Position numbers and translations under genes: made by a program. Of a stretch of 48,544 nt of DNA, positions 1-9,143 are shown piece by piece. The stretch is taken from positions 1-48,544 of the forward strand of contig JBKPBU010000339.1 in assembly GCA_046727015.1 (NCBI GenBank), in the 5' to 3' direction. This DNA is from Candidatus Methylomirabilota bacterium. GTDB taxonomy: Bacteria > Methylomirabilota > Methylomirabilia > Rokubacteriales > CSP1-6. The notes beneath the pieces were generated by a model, which did not search any database, was not told where the DNA came from, and saw only the letters and a program-made list of their open reading frames with translations. The number at the start of each line of letters is the position of its first letter. The stretch's first letter is position 1.

Positions 1-1
1 G

Positions 2-898
2 GGCGCCCTCAAGCACGGCATGCAGCTACCGACGGTGCGGCAGCTCGCGGGCTTCCTCCGGATCAATCCGAACACGGTGGCCCGCGCCCTCGCCGACCTC
101 GAGCGAGACGGCTATGTGGAAGGGCAGCAGGGGCGCGGCACGTTCGTGGCCGACCGTCCCACGCGCGAGGGCCGAGCGGCGCGGAGCCTCGAGCGCTTGG
201 TCGGCGAAAGCCTCGAGCGAGTGCGCCGGCTCGGCTTCACCCAGGACGAATTCCTGGCGGCGCTGGCCTCGAGCGCGCCGGTCGACCGCGTGGGCAAGGT
301 CGCGCGCCGTCGGGCCGTGCTGGTCGAGTGCAACGACGCGGAGCTGGCGCGCTACCGGGACGAGCTCGAGGCGGAGCTCCCGCTCCACGTGGACCGCATG
401 CTGGTCCACGAGTTCGAGGCGAAGGCCGCCCGCGATCCCGGCTTCTTGAAGGGTTACCGGGCCGTGATCACGACCTTCTTCCACATCCATGAGGTCAGGC
501 GCGTGCTGCCGCCGGACGGTCCGCCCGCGGTCGCGCTGCTGGCCGAGGCCAGCATCAAGACGCTGCTGCGACTGACCGAGCTGCCCGAGGGATCGACCGT
601 CGGCCTCGTCTGCACCACGGCCACGGGCGGTCAGAACCTGCTTCGCTCCGTCCAGTCGGCGGGGCTCATGCACGTCACCCCGGTGCTCGCCTCCACGGAC
701 GACGCCTGGTCGCTGGACCGCATGCTCGAGAAGACCCGCACCGTCGTCTGCTCCGAGCAGGCCGCCGCGCGCATTCGCCACAGCCTGCCGAAGGACGTGG
801 AGCTGATCGTGGCCGACCGGACGCTCGACCGGGGCGGTATCGAGCTGCTGCGCGACCTCCTCAGCCAGCCCGACGGCGAGCCGGCGCACGGCGGCTGA
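2..898 (+). CDS. GntR-family transcriptional regulator, 5' end cut by window edge
   Basis: The frame is open from the window edge. LPTVRQLAGFLRINPNTVARALADLERDGYVEGQQGRGTFV is a GntR-type winged HTH, which normally sits 15-20 aa into the protein, so the true start is probably upstream of base 1. Stop is TGA at 896-898. Confidence 0.75.
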   Translation, partial: GALKHGMQLPTVRQLAGFLRINPNTVARALADLERDGYVEGQQGRGTFVADRPTREGRAARSLERLVGESLERVRRLGFTQDEFLAALASSAPVDRVGKVARRRAVLVECNDAELARYRDELEAELPLHVDRMLVHEFEAKAARDPGFLKGYRAVITTFFHIHEVRRVLPPDGPPAVALLAEASIKTLLRLTELPEGSTVGLVCTTATGGQNLLRSVQSAGLMHVTPVLASTDDAWSLDRMLEKTRTVVCSEQAAARIRHSLPKDVELIVADRTLDRGGIELLRDLLSQPDGEPAHGG

Positions 899-901
899 GG
901 C

Positions 902-1537
902 ATGACGCAGAGCCCGCCCGTCTGCGTCTTCGACCTCGACCACACGCTCGTCAGCTCGCCGCTCGACATGAAGGCGGTGGGGCGCGAGATGGAAGCCTTC
1001 GTGCGCGAGCGGGGTCTGCCCCTGCCGCGACGTGAGCTCCGCTGGTCGGGGCCCGAGCTGTTCGATTTCGTGCGGGCCCAAGCCGCGCATCTCGAAACGG
1101 AGATTCTCGCCATTCCCCAGGCCCACGAGCGACGCGCCATGGAGCAGGCCGTGCTCGAACCCTTCGCGATCGAGGCGCTTACCGCGATGAGAGATCTGGG
1201 CTTCGCCACCGCCATCTGGACCAACAACGACCGGGTGGTCGCCGACTTTGTCCTGGCCCGCTTCGACCTGCTCCGCCACCTGGACCTGGTCGTGACCCGC
1301 GACGACGTCACCGCGCTCAAGCCCGATCCCGACGGCCTCCGCGTGGTCCGCGAGCGCTGGCCCGAGGCGCCCCACATCGTCATGGTCGGCGACGCCTGGG
1401 TCGATGGACTCGCCGCCCAGGCGGGCGGCGTGCCCTTCATCGCCTACCGCGCGGACGCGGCCGAGCTCGAGCGCCGCGGCGTCGGCGTCGCGGCCCGCAT
1501 CAGCTCGCTCCTCGACCTCCCCGCCGCGCTCGCCTGA
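902..1537 (+). CDS. HAD-superfamily hydrolase (phosphatase-like, subfamily IA)
   Basis: DxDxT motif I (VFDLDHTLV), WTNN motif II, and LKPDPDG ... VGDAWVDG motifs III/IV. Confidence 0.7.
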   Translation: MTQSPPVCVFDLDHTLVSSPLDMKAVGREMEAFVRERGLPLPRRELRWSGPELFDFVRAQAAHLETEILAIPQAHERRAMEQAVLEPFAIEALTAMRDLGFATAIWTNNDRVVADFVLARFDLLRHLDLVVTRDDVTALKPDPDGLRVVRERWPEAPHIVMVGDAWVDGLAAQAGGVPFIAYRADAAELERRGVGVAARISSLLDLPAALA

Positions 1538-1543
1538 CCGCTT

Positions 1544-1566
1544 CCCTCTCCCCTCAGGGGAGAGGG
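1544..1566. repeat. Perfect 23-nt palindrome CCCTCTCCCCT-C-AGGGGAGAGGG
   Basis: 11-nt arms are exactly complementary around one central base. It lies directly after the HAD stop codon. The same palindrome recurs at 36376-36398 with the central base complemented. Confidence 0.85.
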
Positions 1567-1570
1567 GAGG

Positions 1571-2926
1571 GTGAGGGGTGGTTCCTACAGGTATAATCCC
1601 GCCGTGGATCTTTTCGATCCTCCGCCGTCCGCCACCCCGGCCGCTCCCGCCCCGCTCGCGGATCGCATCCGTCCGCGCACCCTCGACGAGGTCGTGGGCC
1701 AGCAGCACCTGATCGGTCCGGGCAAGGTCCTCCGCCGCGCGCTCGAGGAGGGGCAGCTCCACTCCATGATTCTCTGGGGGCCTCCTGGCACCGGCAAGAC
1801 GACGCTCGCCTTCCTCATGGCGCAGGTCGCGGGCGCGCGCTTCGTCCCCTTCTCGGCCGTGCTCGCGGGCGTCAAGGAAATCCGCCAGGTGGTGGCCGAG
1901 GCCCAGGCGGACCGCGCCCGGGGCGGCAAGCGCACCATCCTCTTCGTGGACGAGATCCACCGCTTCAACAAGGGCCAGCAGGACGCCTTCCTGCCCCACG
2001 TCGAAAAGGGCACGCTGACCCTCATCGGCGCCACCACGGAGAACCCGTCCTTCGAGGTCAACGCGGCGCTCCTGTCGCGCTGCCGCGTCTACACGCTCCA
2101 GCCGCTCTCCGAGGACGACCTCGTGGCCATCCTCGAGCGCGCGCTCCGCGATCCCGATCGCGGCCTCGGTGCCACCGGCGCCACCGCGGACACCGACTCG
2201 CTGCGGCTCATCGCGCGGCTGTCGGGAGGCGACGCGCGCGGCGCGCTCAACATCCTCGAGCTGGCCGTGACGCTGCACGGAGGGGCGGTGACGGAGGCCG
2301 CGATCCGCGACGCCGTTCAGAAGAAGACCCTCCTCTACGACAAGTCGGGCGAGGAGCACTACAACCTGATCTCGGCCCTCCACAAGTCGCTGCGCGACTC
2401 CGACCCGGACGGAGCGCTCTACTGGCTCGGCCGCATGCTGGAAGCCGGCGAGGACGCGCTCTACATCGCGCGGCGGCTCGTGCGCTTCGCCTCGGAGGAC
2501 GTGGGCAACGCGGACCCGCAGGCGCTGCGGGTGGCCCTCGACGCCAAGGAGTCCTATCACTTCCTGGGCTCGCCCGAGGGAGAGCTCGCGCTGGCCCAGG
2601 CGACCTGTTACCTGGCGCTCGCGCCGAAGTCCAACGCGGTCTACGCCGCGTGGAATCAGGTCAAGCAGGACATCCAGGACAAGCCCGCCGAGCCCGTGCC
2701 GCTCCACCTCCGCAATGCCCCGACCGGGCTCATGGCCAACCAGGGCTACGGCAAGGGCTATCAGTACGCGCATGACGCGGCAGAGGCGCGCGTGGACCAG
2801 GAGCACCTGCCCGACGCCCTGCGCGGCCGCGTCTACTACAGGCCCGTAGACCGCGGGCTCGAAAAGGAATTGGCGGCGCGCCTCGACGGATGGAGGAAGT
2901 GGCGGGAGCAACAGGGCAAGCGGTGA
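1571..2926 (+). CDS. rarA: Replication-associated recombination protein A (AAA+ ATPase RarA/MgsA)
   Basis: [22 protein letters not shown], Walker [10 protein letters not shown], and Walker [13 protein letters not shown]. An alternative in-frame GTG start at 1604 lies 6 nt after a TATAAT hexamer (1592-1597). Confidence 0.9.
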   Translation: MRGGSYRYNPAVDLFDPPPSATPAAPAPLADRIRPRTLDEVVGQQHLIGPGKVLRRALEEGQLHSMILWGPPGTGKTTLAFLMAQVAGARFVPFSAVLAGVKEIRQVVAEAQADRARGGKRTILFVDEIHRFNKGQQDAFLPHVEKGTLTLIGATTENPSFEVNAALLSRCRVYTLQPLSEDDLVAILERALRDPDRGLGATGATADTDSLRLIARLSGGDARGALNILELAVTLHGGAVTEAAIRDAVQKKTLLYDKSGEEHYNLISALHKSLRDSDPDGALYWLGRMLEAGEDALYIARRLVRFASEDVGNADPQALRVALDAKESYHFLGSPEGELALAQATCYLALAPKSNAVYAAWNQVKQDIQDKPAEPVPLHLRNAPTGLMANQGYGKGYQYAHDAAEARVDQEHLPDALRGRVYYRPVDRGLEKELAARLDGWRKWREQQGKR

Positions 2927-4155
2927 GCGACCGCGCCTGGCTCGCGGCCATCTGCGCCTCCGAGCTCGGCACGCTCCTGGTCTTCTCGAACTTCTCCGCA
3001 CTCCTGCCCCTCCTCCAGCGGGAGTGGGGACTCAGCAACAGCGAGGCGGGGCTGATCGTCTCGTTCTACCAGTTCGGCTATATCGGCGCGGTCATGATCC
3101 TCGCGACACTCACGGACTACATGCCGCCACGCCGCATCTACCTCGCGAGCGCGTTCTGGACGGCAGCCGCGAGCGTGGGCTTCGCCGGCTGGGCCGACGG
3201 TTTTCTCTCCGCGGTGCTCCTGCGCGGCGCCGTGGGCCTCGGCCTGGCCGGCACCTACATGCCGGGCATGCGCATGGTGGCGGAGCGGTTCGCCCATGGA
3301 GGCCGCGGCTTCGCGATGGGCTGCTATATCGGCACGTTCACGCTCGGCACCGCGGTGTCTCTCTTCGTCACCGGCTGGGCCAATGGCCTCTGGGGCTGGC
3401 GCTGGGCCTTCGCGCTGACGGCGGCTGGGCCATTCCTCGCTGGCGCGATCGGCTTCTTCGTCCTGCCCCGGGGAATGGCGGCCGTGCCCGGGGCGGCCGC
3501 GCCCGGCCCGAAGCAGGAGCGCCTCGGCCCGGTGCTGAAGAACCGCGCCGCCGTGCGCCTCATCACGGCCTACGGCGCGCACACGTTCGAGCTCATGGGC
3601 ATGCGCGGCTGGATCGTGCCCTTTTTCACCGCGAGCCTCGTCGCCTCCGGCGCGGTGCTCGCCGAGGCGAATCAACGCGCGGCGCTGGCCGCCTCGGCGG
3701 TGCTGGCCATCGGCGCCCTGCCCCACCCCTTCACCGGGCTCCTGTCCGACCGCTTCGGACGGGCGAAGCCGATCAGCGTGCTCATGCTGCTCTCGGCCTG
3801 CTGCTCTCTCGCCATCGGCTGGGGGCTTGGCTGGCCTTTCCCCGCACTCGTGGCCCTCGGCCTTCTCTACGGCGTCCTCATCACCTCCGAGTCGGCCATC
3901 GTCTCGACGGGCATCGCCGACGCGGCCGAGCCCGCCTATCTCGGCAGGACCATGGCGCTCCAGTCCACGGTGGGGTTCACGGCCGGCGCGCTCTCACCGT
4001 GGGCCGTCGGCTTGGTCCTCGACTGGGCGCCTCGATGGGGCGCCTCGGGCGGCGGCAAATGGATCTGGGGCTTCGGGCTCCTCGGCGTCGTCGCGCTCCT
4101 CGGCCCGCTCACGGTCGGCTTCAAGGAGTTCACGCGCAGGCCTCGGCAGGTTTAG
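2923..4155 (+). CDS. MFS transporter
   Basis: Multi-pass hydrophobic protein with MFS-like loops ([22 protein letters not shown]). Start moved to the GTG at 2923, which forms a GTGA overlap with the rarA stop. The track start at 2890 would overlap rarA by 37 nt. Confidence 0.72.
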   Translation: MSDRAWLAAICASELGTLLVFSNFSALLPLLQREWGLSNSEAGLIVSFYQFGYIGAVMILATLTDYMPPRRIYLASAFWTAAASVGFAGWADGFLSAVLLRGAVGLGLAGTYMPGMRMVAERFAHGGRGFAMGCYIGTFTLGTAVSLFVTGWANGLWGWRWAFALTAAGPFLAGAIGFFVLPRGMAAVPGAAAPGPKQERLGPVLKNRAAVRLITAYGAHTFELMGMRGWIVPFFTASLVASGAVLAEANQRAALAASAVLAIGALPHPFTGLLSDRFGRAKPISVLMLLSACCSLAIGWGLGWPFPALVALGLLYGVLITSESAIVSTGIADAAEPAYLGRTMALQSTVGFTAGALSPWAVGLVLDWAPRWGASGGGKWIWGFGLLGVVALLGPLTVGFKEFTRRPRQV

Positions 4156-4164
4156 AGTAGGGCA

Positions 4165-5274
4165 ATGGCGAAGAAGCTGCGGGTGGGCGTGGTCTTCGGC
4201 GGCGAATCGGGCGAGCACGAGGTCTCGCTCGCCGGCGCGGCCTCTGTGATGGCCGCGATCGACCGCGAGCGCTTCGAGCCGGTGCAGATCGGCATCACCC
4301 GCGAAGGGCGATGGCTCGTGGGGGGCGATCCGCTCCGGGCGCTCGCCCAGGAGGCCGCGGGCAAAGCGCTCGGCGAGGGGGGAACTGAAGCGTCGGTCAA
4401 GCAGTCGCTGGCGGTGCGCGCGGGGAACGTCGGCACGACCACGGCGCTCCAGCGCATGGAGTCGACCGAGAGCCTGCCGCCGGGACTGCGCGAGCGGCTC
4501 GACGTGGTCTGGATCATGCTCCACGGCCCGCGCGGCGAGGACGGCACCATCCAGGGTCTGCTCGAGCTGGCGGGGCTGCCCTACGTGGGCGCGGGCGTGC
4601 TCGCCTCGGCCGTCGGCATGGACAAGGTCGCCATGAAGGACATGTTCCGCGCCCACGGCCTGCCCGTCGTGGACTATCTCGCCGTGAGGCGCCACGAGTG
4701 GCGGCGCGATCCCGCCGCGGTCGAGCGCGCGGTCGGGGAGGCCATCGGCTTCCCATGTTTCGCCAAGCCCGCCAATCTCGGCTCGAGCGTCGGCATCAGC
4801 AAGGTCAAGGCGCCCGAAGATCTGCCCGCCGCGCTGGCGCTGGCCGCCGGATACGACCGCCGCATCCTCGTCGAGCGCGCGGTGCAGGGGCGTGAGGTCG
4901 AGGTCGCCGTGCTCGGCAACGACCAGCCGCAGGCTTCCCTGCCGGGCGAGGTCTGCTACGCGGGCGAATGGTACGACTACGAGACCAAGTACGGCGCCGG
5001 GCACACGACCTTCAAGGTGCCGGCGCCGCTCGGACCCGAGCTGACCCGGCGGGTACGCGAGCTCGCGCTCGAGGCCTTCCGCGCCATCGACTGCGCCGGG
5101 CTCGCGCGCGTGGACTTCTTCATCGAGGGCGACGCGAACGTGCTCGTCAACGAGATCAACACCCTGCCCGGCTTCACGGCCACCAGTGCCTACCCCAAGC
5201 TCTGGGAGGCGTCGGGCATCTCCTACACCGAGCTGATCTCGCGCCTGATCGACCTCGCCCTCGAGCGGCGGTAG
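4165..5274 (+). CDS. ddl: D-alanine--D-alanine ligase
   Basis: MAKKLRVGVVFGGESGEHEVSL N-terminus, HGPRGEDGTIQGLLEL, and an ATP-grasp C-terminus NEINTLPGFT. Confidence 0.92.
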   Translation: MAKKLRVGVVFGGESGEHEVSLAGAASVMAAIDRERFEPVQIGITREGRWLVGGDPLRALAQEAAGKALGEGGTEASVKQSLAVRAGNVGTTTALQRMESTESLPPGLRERLDVVWIMLHGPRGEDGTIQGLLELAGLPYVGAGVLASAVGMDKVAMKDMFRAHGLPVVDYLAVRRHEWRRDPAAVERAVGEAIGFPCFAKPANLGSSVGISKVKAPEDLPAALALAAGYDRRILVERAVQGREVEVAVLGNDQPQASLPGEVCYAGEWYDYETKYGAGHTTFKVPAPLGPELTRRVRELALEAFRAIDCAGLARVDFFIEGDANVLVNEINTLPGFTATSAYPKLWEASGISYTELISRLIDLALERR

Positions 5275-5278
5275 GCGC

Positions 5279-5788
5279 ATGCCGCGCGGCTTCGGTCTGA
5301 TCTCGCTCCTGATCTCTCTCGTGATCGTCGCCACGCTCACCGGGATCATGCTCCAGGGGTACTTCCGGGCGAGCATGGAGCCGCTGACGCGCGACGGGCC
5401 GCCGGAGAGCGTCCGTCCCGACCAGGCCGCCCGGCTCGCCGAGGCCCACGCGCTCCTCGCGCGCTCCATGTCGGCGCTGACCCTCTGCGCCCAGCGCAAG
5501 AGCATGGCCGGCGGCGGTGGCTCGTGCTCGTTCGCCGACGTCTCGGGGAACGCCGGGGTTGGACCGACCGGGATCACCGCCGACGGCCGCTGGCAGGTCA
5601 CCGTGGCCCAGATCAGCATGAGCGGCAGCCCACCCGGGCCCATCGGCCAGGTCTCCATCGCCGGCGTGGGCGGCAATGCCAAGGGCCTTTCCGCCTCGCT
5701 CTTCGCCACGCCGGAGGGCACCGTCACCCGATGTGAAGCCACGGGCGACGCGCCGCCGACGAGCCCGGTCTCGGGCCAGGGCTGCTGA
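5279..5788 (+). CDS. Hypothetical protein with a type-IV-pilin-like N-terminus
   Basis: MPRGFGLISLLISLVIVATL resembles the prepilin leader plus G/F(T)LIELL hydrophobic helix, but has Ser where the conserved Glu+5 is expected. It has four Cys in the Gly-rich C-terminal part. I recognise no other family signature. Confidence 0.45.
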   Translation: MPRGFGLISLLISLVIVATLTGIMLQGYFRASMEPLTRDGPPESVRPDQAARLAEAHALLARSMSALTLCAQRKSMAGGGGSCSFADVSGNAGVGPTGITADGRWQVTVAQISMSGSPPGPIGQVSIAGVGGNAKGLSASLFATPEGTVTRCEATGDAPPTSPVSGQGC

Positions 5789-5793
5789 TCGGC

Positions 5794-6918
5794 GTGCGCG
5801 TCGTCATCGCCGGCGGCGGCACCGGCGGACACACGAGCGCGGGACTGGCGGTGGCGGAGGCGCTCGCCGCCGGCGGGGCGGAGGTCCACTGGATCGGCAG
5901 CCACGAGGGCATCGAAGCCCGGCGCGTGCCCGAGGCGGGCGTGCCCTTCTATCCCATCTCGACGGGCAAGCTCCGCCGCTACTGGGACCGCAAGAACGTC
6001 ACCGATCTTCTTCTACGCGTGCCCGCCGGCTTCGTGCAGTCGAGAAGTCTATTGCGACGCCTGAGACCGGCCGTACTCTTCTCGGCGGGCGGCTTCGTCA
6101 GCGTGCCGCCCGCTCTCGCGGCCCGCTCGCTCGGCATTCCCGTCGTGGTTCACGAGCAAACGGCGGTGCCGGGCCTCGCCAACCGCATCACGGCGCGCTT
6201 CGCGGCGCGCATCGCCGTCTCGTTCCCCCCAGTGTCCTTCCCCAGGTCGGGCGGCGGCTTTCCGGCGGATCGGGTCGTCGTGACGGGCAATCCGGTGAGA
6301 CGCGAAGTCCTGGGAGGCAGCCGCGAAGGCGCGCTCGCACAGTTCGGCTTCGACGCGGCCGTGCCGCTGGTCTATGTCACGGGCGGCGCCCAGGGCTCTC
6401 ACCGGATCAACCGGGTGGTGGGCAAAGCGCTGCCGCGACTCCTCGCGATCTGTCAGATCCTCCACCAGTGCGGCGACAGCGCCGAGACGGGCGATCACGC
6501 CTGGCTCCAGGAGCTGTCCCGCGCCCTGCCGCCGGCCTCCAGGGCGCGCTATGCCGTGACGCCGTATGTGGGCGCCGAGCTCCGCGATGTCTACGCGGCG
6601 GCCGCGCTGCTCGTGGGGCGCAGCGGTGCGGGCACGGTCACCGAGTGCTGCGGGCTCGGCGTGCCGGCCGTCTTCGTCCCGCTGCCCGGGGCGAGAGGTG
6701 ACGAGCAGACGGCCAATGCCAGACTCGTAGAGGCCGCGGGAGGGGCCGTGGTCCTTCCCCAGGGCGAACTCACGCCTGAGAGGCTCGTGGACACCCTCAC
6801 GCGCCTCCTGGCGGATCGCGCGGGTCTCCTGACGATGGGGGCGCGGGCGCGGGCCCTCGCGGTGCCGGACGCCGCTCAACGCCTCGCGAGGATCATTCGC
6901 GAGGTCGCCGTCCCCTGA
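5794..6918 (+). CDS. murG: Undecaprenyldiphospho-muramoylpentapeptide beta-N-acetylglucosaminyltransferase
   Basis: MRVVIAGGGTGGHTSAGLAVAEAL N-terminus (GTG start) and the C-terminal GAGTVTE ... DEQTANA signature. Confidence 0.9.
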   Translation: MRVVIAGGGTGGHTSAGLAVAEALAAGGAEVHWIGSHEGIEARRVPEAGVPFYPISTGKLRRYWDRKNVTDLLLRVPAGFVQSRSLLRRLRPAVLFSAGGFVSVPPALAARSLGIPVVVHEQTAVPGLANRITARFAARIAVSFPPVSFPRSGGGFPADRVVVTGNPVRREVLGGSREGALAQFGFDAAVPLVYVTGGAQGSHRINRVVGKALPRLLAICQILHQCGDSAETGDHAWLQELSRALPPASRARYAVTPYVGAELRDVYAAAALLVGRSGAGTVTECCGLGVPAVFVPLPGARGDEQTANARLVEAAGGAVVLPQGELTPERLVDTLTRLLADRAGLLTMGARARALAVPDAAQRLARIIREVAVP

Positions 6919-7558
6919 GGTCGAAACGCAGCGGACAGCCCTCGCAGCGGGGTCGCGCCCGGCAGTGAGCCTTGGCGACGGTCACCAGGAGCGCGTGGAG
7001 CTCGTTGAAGAGAGCCGGGTCGCGGGGCAGGTGCGTCTCGACATGGCGCCTGAGCGCTTCGTAGCCGATCGTGGCAGGCACGATGCGGTGGCGGGAGAGC
7101 ACGCGGCGCGCGTAGGCGTCGGCGACGAAGACGGGCCGCCCCAGGGCGTAGAGCAGGATAGCGTCGGCCGTCTCAGGTCCTATGCCTTGCACCGCGAGAA
7201 GCTGAGATCTGAGAGTCTCGAGCGGCGCCCCGCGCAGCCGCTCGACGCGGCCGCCGGCCCGCTCCAGGAAGAAGTCCGCGAGCGCGCGAAGGCGGCGCGC
7301 CTTGAGGCGCCAGGTCCCCGCGGGGCGGATGAGCCGTCCCAGCCGCGGGAGCGGCAGCCGGCGGAGCCGCCCGGGCGCGAGCCGCCGCGCGGCGCGGAGA
7401 TTGCCGATCGCCCGCGCGACGCCTGTCCAGGCGGTATGCTGGGTCAGCACGGCACCCACGGCGACTTCGAAGCGGCTTCGCGCAGGCCACCAGTCCTGAG
7501 GGCCGTAGCGGGCGTAGAGAGCCGTGTGGAGGCGCAGGAGACGGCTGCGCAGGCTCAC
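6893..7558 (-). CDS. HhH-GPD / endonuclease III-related base-excision repair protein
   Basis: YGPQDWWPA, LLAVQGIGPETADAILLYAL (helix-hairpin-helix) and a Cys-containing C-terminal segment (CRARPRCEGC). GTG start. The 3' end overlaps the murG 3' end by 26 nt. Confidence 0.75.
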   Translation of the reverse strand: MSLRSRLLRLHTALYARYGPQDWWPARSRFEVAVGAVLTQHTAWTGVARAIGNLRAARRLAPGRLRRLPLPRLGRLIRPAGTWRLKARRLRALADFFLERAGGRVERLRGAPLETLRSQLLAVQGIGPETADAILLYALGRPVFVADAYARRVLSRHRIVPATIGYEALRRHVETHLPRDPALFNELHALLVTVAKAHCRARPRCEGCPLRFDLRGRRPRE

Positions 7559-7569
7559 GGGGAGGCTCG

Positions 7570-8553
7570 ATGACGGGCGCGTGCTTGGGACTCTGGGCGG
7601 CGATCACCATCGCCGTGGCGGGACCGGCGACCTCGCCCGAGTACCTGCCTCTGCACGTCGCCCAGGCCGAGGGTTATTTCGCCAGCGAAAAGGTCGACGT
7701 CACGCTCAAGGTAGAACAGTCGGAGAGCGATGCCGCGCTGTCTCTGGCGCGCGGCCGCGCCGACGTCGCCGCCACCTCGCTGGACGCCGCGTACCGTCTC
7801 GGTCACGTCAACGGATCGCCGCCGCCGCTGCTCTTCGGGCTCACGGCCGCCGCGCCCGTGGCCGTTCTGCTGTCTCCGAATCACAAGGACACGATCCGTT
7901 CCCCCGCCGAGCTGCGCGGCCAGCTTGTGGGCCTGCCCGGCGTCGGCACGCCCGAGCAGGCGATGATCGCCACGATCTTGACGCGGGCGGGTGTGAAAAT
8001 CCACCAGGTGCCGCTCCGGACCTTTTCCAACCGCGGGCTCGCCGCCGCGCTCGCGCAGGGCGAGGTGGCGGCCGGCGTCATGGCGGATCCCTGGGTCACA
8101 CGGCTGGTGGAGGACCGCACGGCGTTCGTCCTCGCCGATCTGCGCAGCCGCTCCGATGCCGCCCGCTGGCTCGGAGCCGAGACGGTCCACGCGGCCGTGT
8201 TCGTCCGGGCCGGCGGAAAGCGCGACGACCAGGAGCTCGCAGCGCTGTCCCGTGCCCTGCTCCGCGCCGTCGCCAAGGTGGTCGAGACCCCGGCCGGGGC
8301 GCTCGCGTCCGTCCTGCCGGCATCTGTCACGGGCGGGGCTGAAGACTTTGCGGTGCGTGTGACCGGCGCCAGGCAGAGCTACCTGCCGCGCGGCCGGGTC
8401 ACGGAAGACATGCTCAAGGCCAGCCTTGCCCAAGCCCGCGAGCGCTCCCCTCTGCCCGCGGCCGTCAAGCTGCCCTGGTGGCGCTGGTCTCCCCTGCTCC
8501 TCACCGGGCTGCTGGAGCGGGCGGCCGGCGCGGGAGAATCGCCGCCCCGTTAG
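7570..8553 (+). CDS. ABC-transporter substrate-binding protein (NMT1/sulfonate-nitrate-like), orphan
   Basis: Signal-peptide-like N-terminus and an NMT1-like pattern (HVAQAEGYFASEKVDVTL ... AELRGQLVGLPGVGT). GGGGAGG lies 4 nt upstream of the ATG. No permease or ATPase gene is adjacent. Confidence 0.6.
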   Translation: MTGACLGLWAAITIAVAGPATSPEYLPLHVAQAEGYFASEKVDVTLKVEQSESDAALSLARGRADVAATSLDAAYRLGHVNGSPPPLLFGLTAAAPVAVLLSPNHKDTIRSPAELRGQLVGLPGVGTPEQAMIATILTRAGVKIHQVPLRTFSNRGLAAALAQGEVAAGVMADPWVTRLVEDRTAFVLADLRSRSDAARWLGAETVHAAVFVRAGGKRDDQELAALSRALLRAVAKVVETPAGALASVLPASVTGGAEDFAVRVTGARQSYLPRGRVTEDMLKASLAQARERSPLPAAVKLPWWRWSPLLLTGLLERAAGAGESPPR

Positions 8554-9143
8554 ACGACCCCCCACCGCTCCAGCAGTCTTCGGGTCGCCTCAACGGGCAA
8601 ACCGACCACGTTGGTGAAGCAGCCGTCCACCCGGGCAACCAGGTGACCGCCCTGCCCCTGGACAGCATAGGCGCCCGCCTTGTCGAGCGGCTCGCCGGTT
8701 GCCACGTAGGCCGCGATCTCGTCGTCGCCGGCGGCGATCATGGTCACCCGCGTCGTCACGGCGATGGTCTCCTCCCGGCCCGACGGCGCCTCGACCAGGG
8801 CCACGCCGGTGACGACCTCGTGGGTGCGGCCACCGAGCGCCCGAAGCATGAGGGCGGCGTCGGCCGCGTCGCGGGGCTTGCCCAGATAGCGACCGTCCAG
8901 AACCACCTCGGTGTCGGCACCCAGGACAACCGCCGGACCCCCGCTCCACTCGCGCGCGACGGCGCGCGCCTTGTCCCGCGCGACGGCGGCCACTGCCGAG
9001 GCGGGCGGCCCGGGCGGATGGACTTCCGCGATGCGGCTCGGCCGCACGGTGAACGGGATTCCGAGCCCCGCCAGGAGATCCTGGCGGCGGGGAGAGGCGG
9101 AAGCGAGGACGAGCGTTGGCCTGCGGCTCAGCTTGCTGCTCAG
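8550..9143 (-). CDS. maf: Maf-like nucleoside-triphosphate pyrophosphatase (septum formation protein)
   Basis: LVLASASPRRQDLLAGLGIPF ... GAYAVQG ... NVVGLP. The only canonical start (GTG 9356) would add 71 non-homologous residues and overlap speE by 216 nt. I placed the start at the CTG at 9143, which forms a CTGA overlap with the speE stop. The start is uncertain. Confidence 0.78.
   Translation of the reverse strand: MSSKLSRRPTLVLASASPRRQDLLAGLGIPFTVRPSRIAEVHPPGPPASAVAAVARDKARAVAREWSGGPAVVLGADTEVVLDGRYLGKPRDAADAALMLRALGGRTHEVVTGVALVEAPSGREETIAVTTRVTMIAAGDDEIAAYVATGEPLDKAGAYAVQGQGGHLVARVDGCFTNVVGLPVEATRRLLERWGVV

Noticed and set aside
26-3001. 991-aa minus-strand ORF antisense to the GntR, HAD and rarA genes.
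   Set aside because: It is an Arg/Gly/Ala/Pro-rich low-complexity translation with no recognisable domain, and it lies opposite three genes with clear family motifs. This is a typical stop-codon-poor shadow frame in very GC-rich DNA.
6893-7570. Unusual gene packing around the nth-like gene: a 26-nt tail-to-tail overlap with murG, only 11 nt between its divergent start and that of the substrate-binding protein gene, and a 4-nt tail-to-tail overlap of that gene with maf at 8550-8553.
   Set aside because: This is probably just compact genome organisation, and the start of either divergent gene may be mis-assigned by a few codons. I see no additional sequence structure to support a specific regulatory claim.
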